Positions 17,856-20,000 of a stretch of 20,000 nt of DNA are shown in pieces. The notes beneath the pieces were generated by a model. That model did no database searches, had not been told where the DNA came from, and was given only the letters and a program-made list of their open reading frames with translations. The translations under genes were made by a program, and so were the position numbers. Every line of letters starts with the position of its first letter. The stretch's first letter is position 1. The stretch is from an uncultured virus (IMG/VR IMGVR_UViG_3300009130_000019) (taxonomy: Duplodnaviria; Heunggongvirae; Uroviricota; Caudoviricetes): the IMG/VR virus record IMGVR_UViG_3300009130_000019, one strand, 5' to 3'.

Positions 17856-18425
17856 ATGCAGAGTTTTAATATAACAAATAACTCAGGAACAACAATTGTA
17901 ATAGCTTCATTGGATAACACAAGTATTGCTAATGGTGTAACAGTAGATGTGTTTGATCCAGCAAATGGTAAGTTTACAATGGCTGATGTTATTGCAAACC
18001 CGGAAATAGAAGCTTTGATGGATTCATATGCCATTGAGGTAACAGATGAAAATAATGGTGTAGTAGGAAGTTTAAGGTTGTACTTTGGTGTAATTCCTAT
18101 TAAAATTTCACCTCCTCAATTAACTGCTCATGTAAATGACTGGAATCCAACTGGATTTTCAACTGCTTCCATTATTAATGTTGACTTGCTAGGCATCAAA
18201 GAGATAAAAGGCATGAAAGCAGGAAAAAATAATGATAGAAAGTTAATTGTTAATGTAAGTGCCTATGAACTTAAGTTAGGGTATAACGATTCAGGAAGTC
18301 TTGCTCAAAATAGGATTTGGACTGTAGAGCAGGCTGACTATAAGATTAGAAAGTATGGCTGTGTAGAAGTGCTTTATGATAGCTCAATATCAATGTGGAG
18401 AACTATAGCAAGTGAAAAGAATTAA
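17856..18425 (+). CDS. Putative fibre-associated or receptor-binding structural protein (189 aa)
   Basis: Tightly packed in the fibre operon. Beta-rich C-terminal half ending in LYDSSISMWRTIA, resembling phage fibre tip domains. Confidence 0.45.
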   Translation: MQSFNITNNSGTTIVIASLDNTSIANGVTVDVFDPANGKFTMADVIANPEIEALMDSYAIEVTDENNGVVGSLRLYFGVIPIKISPPQLTAHVNDWNPTGFSTASIINVDLLGIKEIKGMKAGKNNDRKLIVNVSAYELKLGYNDSGSLAQNRIWTVEQADYKIRKYGCVEVLYDSSISMWRTIASEKN

Positions 18426-18442
18426 TGTAAAAAACAAATAAA

Positions 18443-18856
18443 ATGGCAAAGAAATTTTGGACAGAAGTAGATGCAGTTAATATACCTGCTGTTGTGTTTT
18501 CAGAAGCACAACCTCCCCCATCTGCTGATGGTAAAGAATTCACTGAAGTGACAGATTCTGCTGAAATTAAACAGCTATATATTACTCAATATGCCTATAG
18601 AATAGATGATGGGCAAGATTACATCAAAAACTTCACAGCAGACAGGTATATTGATGTTATAAATGGAGTATATACTGAAGCAGAAGTTTTTGCTTTGGAA
18701 TCTCACATCAAAGACCTTTATAGTGCTCTTGGCAATGGGTGGTGGTTAACTGCTCAAAATATTAATCAAAATTTGATACTTGATGGTATTTATGATGCTG
18801 CAATGAAAAGTAGTATACAAAGCACCATTGACACATATGTAAGTGATAATTATTAA
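18443..18856 (+). CDS. Hypothetical acidic protein (137 aa), possibly a tail-fibre assembly chaperone
   Basis: A-rich leader, plausible composition, position directly after the fibre genes. Function inferred from context only. Confidence 0.45.
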   Translation: MAKKFWTEVDAVNIPAVVFSEAQPPPSADGKEFTEVTDSAEIKQLYITQYAYRIDDGQDYIKNFTADRYIDVINGVYTEAEVFALESHIKDLYSALGNGWWLTAQNINQNLILDGIYDAAMKSSIQSTIDTYVSDNY

Positions 18857-18869
18857 TAACTCTTAAGAA

Positions 18870-19172
18870 ATGGACTTTACATTACTAATGCAGCGGTTTG
18901 CTGAACAATCCCCTTTAATAATTGGCTGTGGTTTAGCAATTTGGCAACTTCTTAAAATGTATAAAGAAGAAAAAGCTTTATTAAGAACAGAAAGACAAGA
19001 ATGCCAAAAAGAAATTAAAGAGCTTATTGAAAACCACACAGTAGAATTAAGAGAGCTAAACAAGTATACAAGAGAACGTGATTTAGAAACCCAGGAAAGT
19101 TTAAACGGGGCTGTTGTTGCAATAGAATCTATACATCAGCTTATAAATAATAAATTTAGATTATTAGATTAA
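18870..19172 (+). CDS. Small membrane-anchored coiled-coil protein (100 aa), possibly a single-TM holin-like or lysis accessory protein
   Basis: N-terminal hydrophobic segment PLIIGCGLAIWQLL followed by a charged, heptad-like helix. Confidence 0.5.
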   Translation: MDFTLLMQRFAEQSPLIIGCGLAIWQLLKMYKEEKALLRTERQECQKEIKELIENHTVELRELNKYTRERDLETQESLNGAVVAIESIHQLINNKFRLLD

Positions 19173-19183
19173 AACTAAATATT

Positions 19184-19303
19184 ATGTTAAAGCAAGAAAA
19201 TCAGGTTGACCACGATCAGGTTCTTAAGGATTTTGTAAAAAAGCAAAAGAAAAGAATAAAGAAACTTAAGGATAGGTGTAATAAAAAACTAGATAAGAAA
19301 TGA
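19184..19303 (+). CDS. Small lysine-rich hypothetical protein (39 aa), not in the ORF track
   Basis: MLKQENQVDHDQVLKDFVKKQKKRIKKLKDRCNKKLDKK. It fills the gap between neighbours, has A at -3, and its TGA overlaps the next ATG (ATGA 19300-19303). Confidence 0.6.
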   Translation: MLKQENQVDHDQVLKDFVKKQKKRIKKLKDRCNKKLDKK

Positions 19304-20000
19304 ATATTTTACAAGATATCTTAGGACTTTTTAAAAGAAGGGAAATAATTAAAACTCCAAGAAGTAATGATTATTTTCCTTTAGCTACTTTCAAAAGTAA
19401 AAAAGAAGCTTTAAAGCCAAATCCAAAAATGGAAACGGTTATAATTTCTGCTATAGATTTAAAAAATTATATAGGAGGAGGAGGTGGTGGAGGTGAAGAT
19501 TTAGCTGCCACCCTTCTATTAGGCAATATTACAGGAGGCACTGCTATATCTATGTCAGCAGGAGATAATATAGTTGCTACTAGTTCAGATCCTAATAAAA
19601 CTGTAACTTTAGATTTTGGTAATCTTGCATCTAATAGATATTTTGATATAACTACAGATAATCAAAATTATTTAACTCCTTTTTTATCCATCACTAATTC
19701 TTTAGCGCAATTTGGAACAGATACTGCACTTCTTGAGATATTGACAAATAGTTTAGATATAAAAAAAGGAACATTTAGAATAAAAAGTGGTGCTTTTTAT
19801 TACGCAAGTTATATTCCAACTACATTAACTGCTGATCAAACTTATACATTTCAAGATGCAAGTGGAACAGTTGCTTTTCTTTCTGATATTGCAGGAGGCT
19901 CATATGTACAAACAGGGCAAACAACAGATGGAGTGCAATTGACATTGACAAGTTCACAAACAATAACTAACAATTCTGTACAAAGTTTTGTTACAAGAAT
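19300..20000 (+). CDS. Tail fibre-like protein, 3'-truncated, not in the ORF track
   Basis: Open from ATG 19300 to the window end: MNILQDILGLFKRR..., Gly7 linker 19474-19494, EDLAATLLLGNITGG and the fibre motif LTADQTYTFQDASGTVAFLSDI. N-terminus is paralogous to the ORF at 15831. Confidence 0.75.
   Translation, partial: MNILQDILGLFKRREIIKTPRSNDYFPLATFKSKKEALKPNPKMETVIISAIDLKNYIGGGGGGGEDLAATLLLGNITGGTAISMSAGDNIVATSSDPNKTVTLDFGNLASNRYFDITTDNQNYLTPFLSITNSLAQFGTDTALLEILTNSLDIKKGTFRIKSGAFYYASYIPTTLTADQTYTFQDASGTVAFLSDIAGGSYVQTGQTTDGVQLTLTSSQTITNNSVQSFVTR

Larger units (their letters stand above)
1..20000 (+). mobile_element. Bacteriophage genome segment, crAss-like (Crassvirales-type): virion RNA polymerase/cargo module followed by holin and tail-fibre module
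   Basis: Giant DFDID-type two-barrel RNAP fused to a zincin, adjacent giant cargo-like protein, holin-like and fibre-like genes, tight co-oriented packing, no cellular housekeeping genes. Starts lack Shine-Dalgarno sequences and have A-rich leaders, as in Bacteroidota and their phages. Confidence 0.85.

Noticed and set aside
1378..19063. Short minus-strand ORFs in the track (1378, 1885, 10312, 10669, 12061, 12458, 15534, 16097, 17235, 17792, 18863)
   Set aside because: All overlap well-supported plus-strand genes, most have the S/F/L/I-rich composition of antisense shadows of A-rich coding DNA, and none has a recognisable motif.
1..20000. Alternative genetic code (TAG or TGA reassignment, known in some crAss-like phages)
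   Set aside because: Multi-kilobase ORFs are open under the standard code, and TAG and TGA occur at sensible gene ends followed immediately by new starts.

Overview
AT-rich, gene-dense window with every credible gene on the + strand. It reads as part of the virion-cargo and tail region of a crAss-like (Crassvirales-type) phage, probably infecting a Bacteroidota host, using the standard genetic code. Bases 1-15343 hold two giant, almost cysteine-free proteins. The first is 5'-truncated and over 3170 aa: an HExxH zincin protease domain fused to a single-chain two-barrel RNA polymerase (RIPTQ and GADFDIDK motifs). The second is 1936 aa: a degenerate zincin copy, a RecB-like PD-(D/E)xK nuclease and a large helical C-terminal region with a hydrophobic segment. 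A 245-bp intergenic region follows, rich in dyad symmetry, with a hairpin terminator and a near-consensus promoter. Downstream lie a GTA-type holin-like gene, several tail-fibre-like genes, a second small membrane protein and two genes missing from the ORF track. The most striking observation is that two of the only three cysteines I found in about 5,100 residues sit at the C-terminus of giant protein 1 and the N-terminus of giant protein 2, which suggests a head-to-tail link between ejected proteins. All family assignments come from motif recognition by eye, not database searches.
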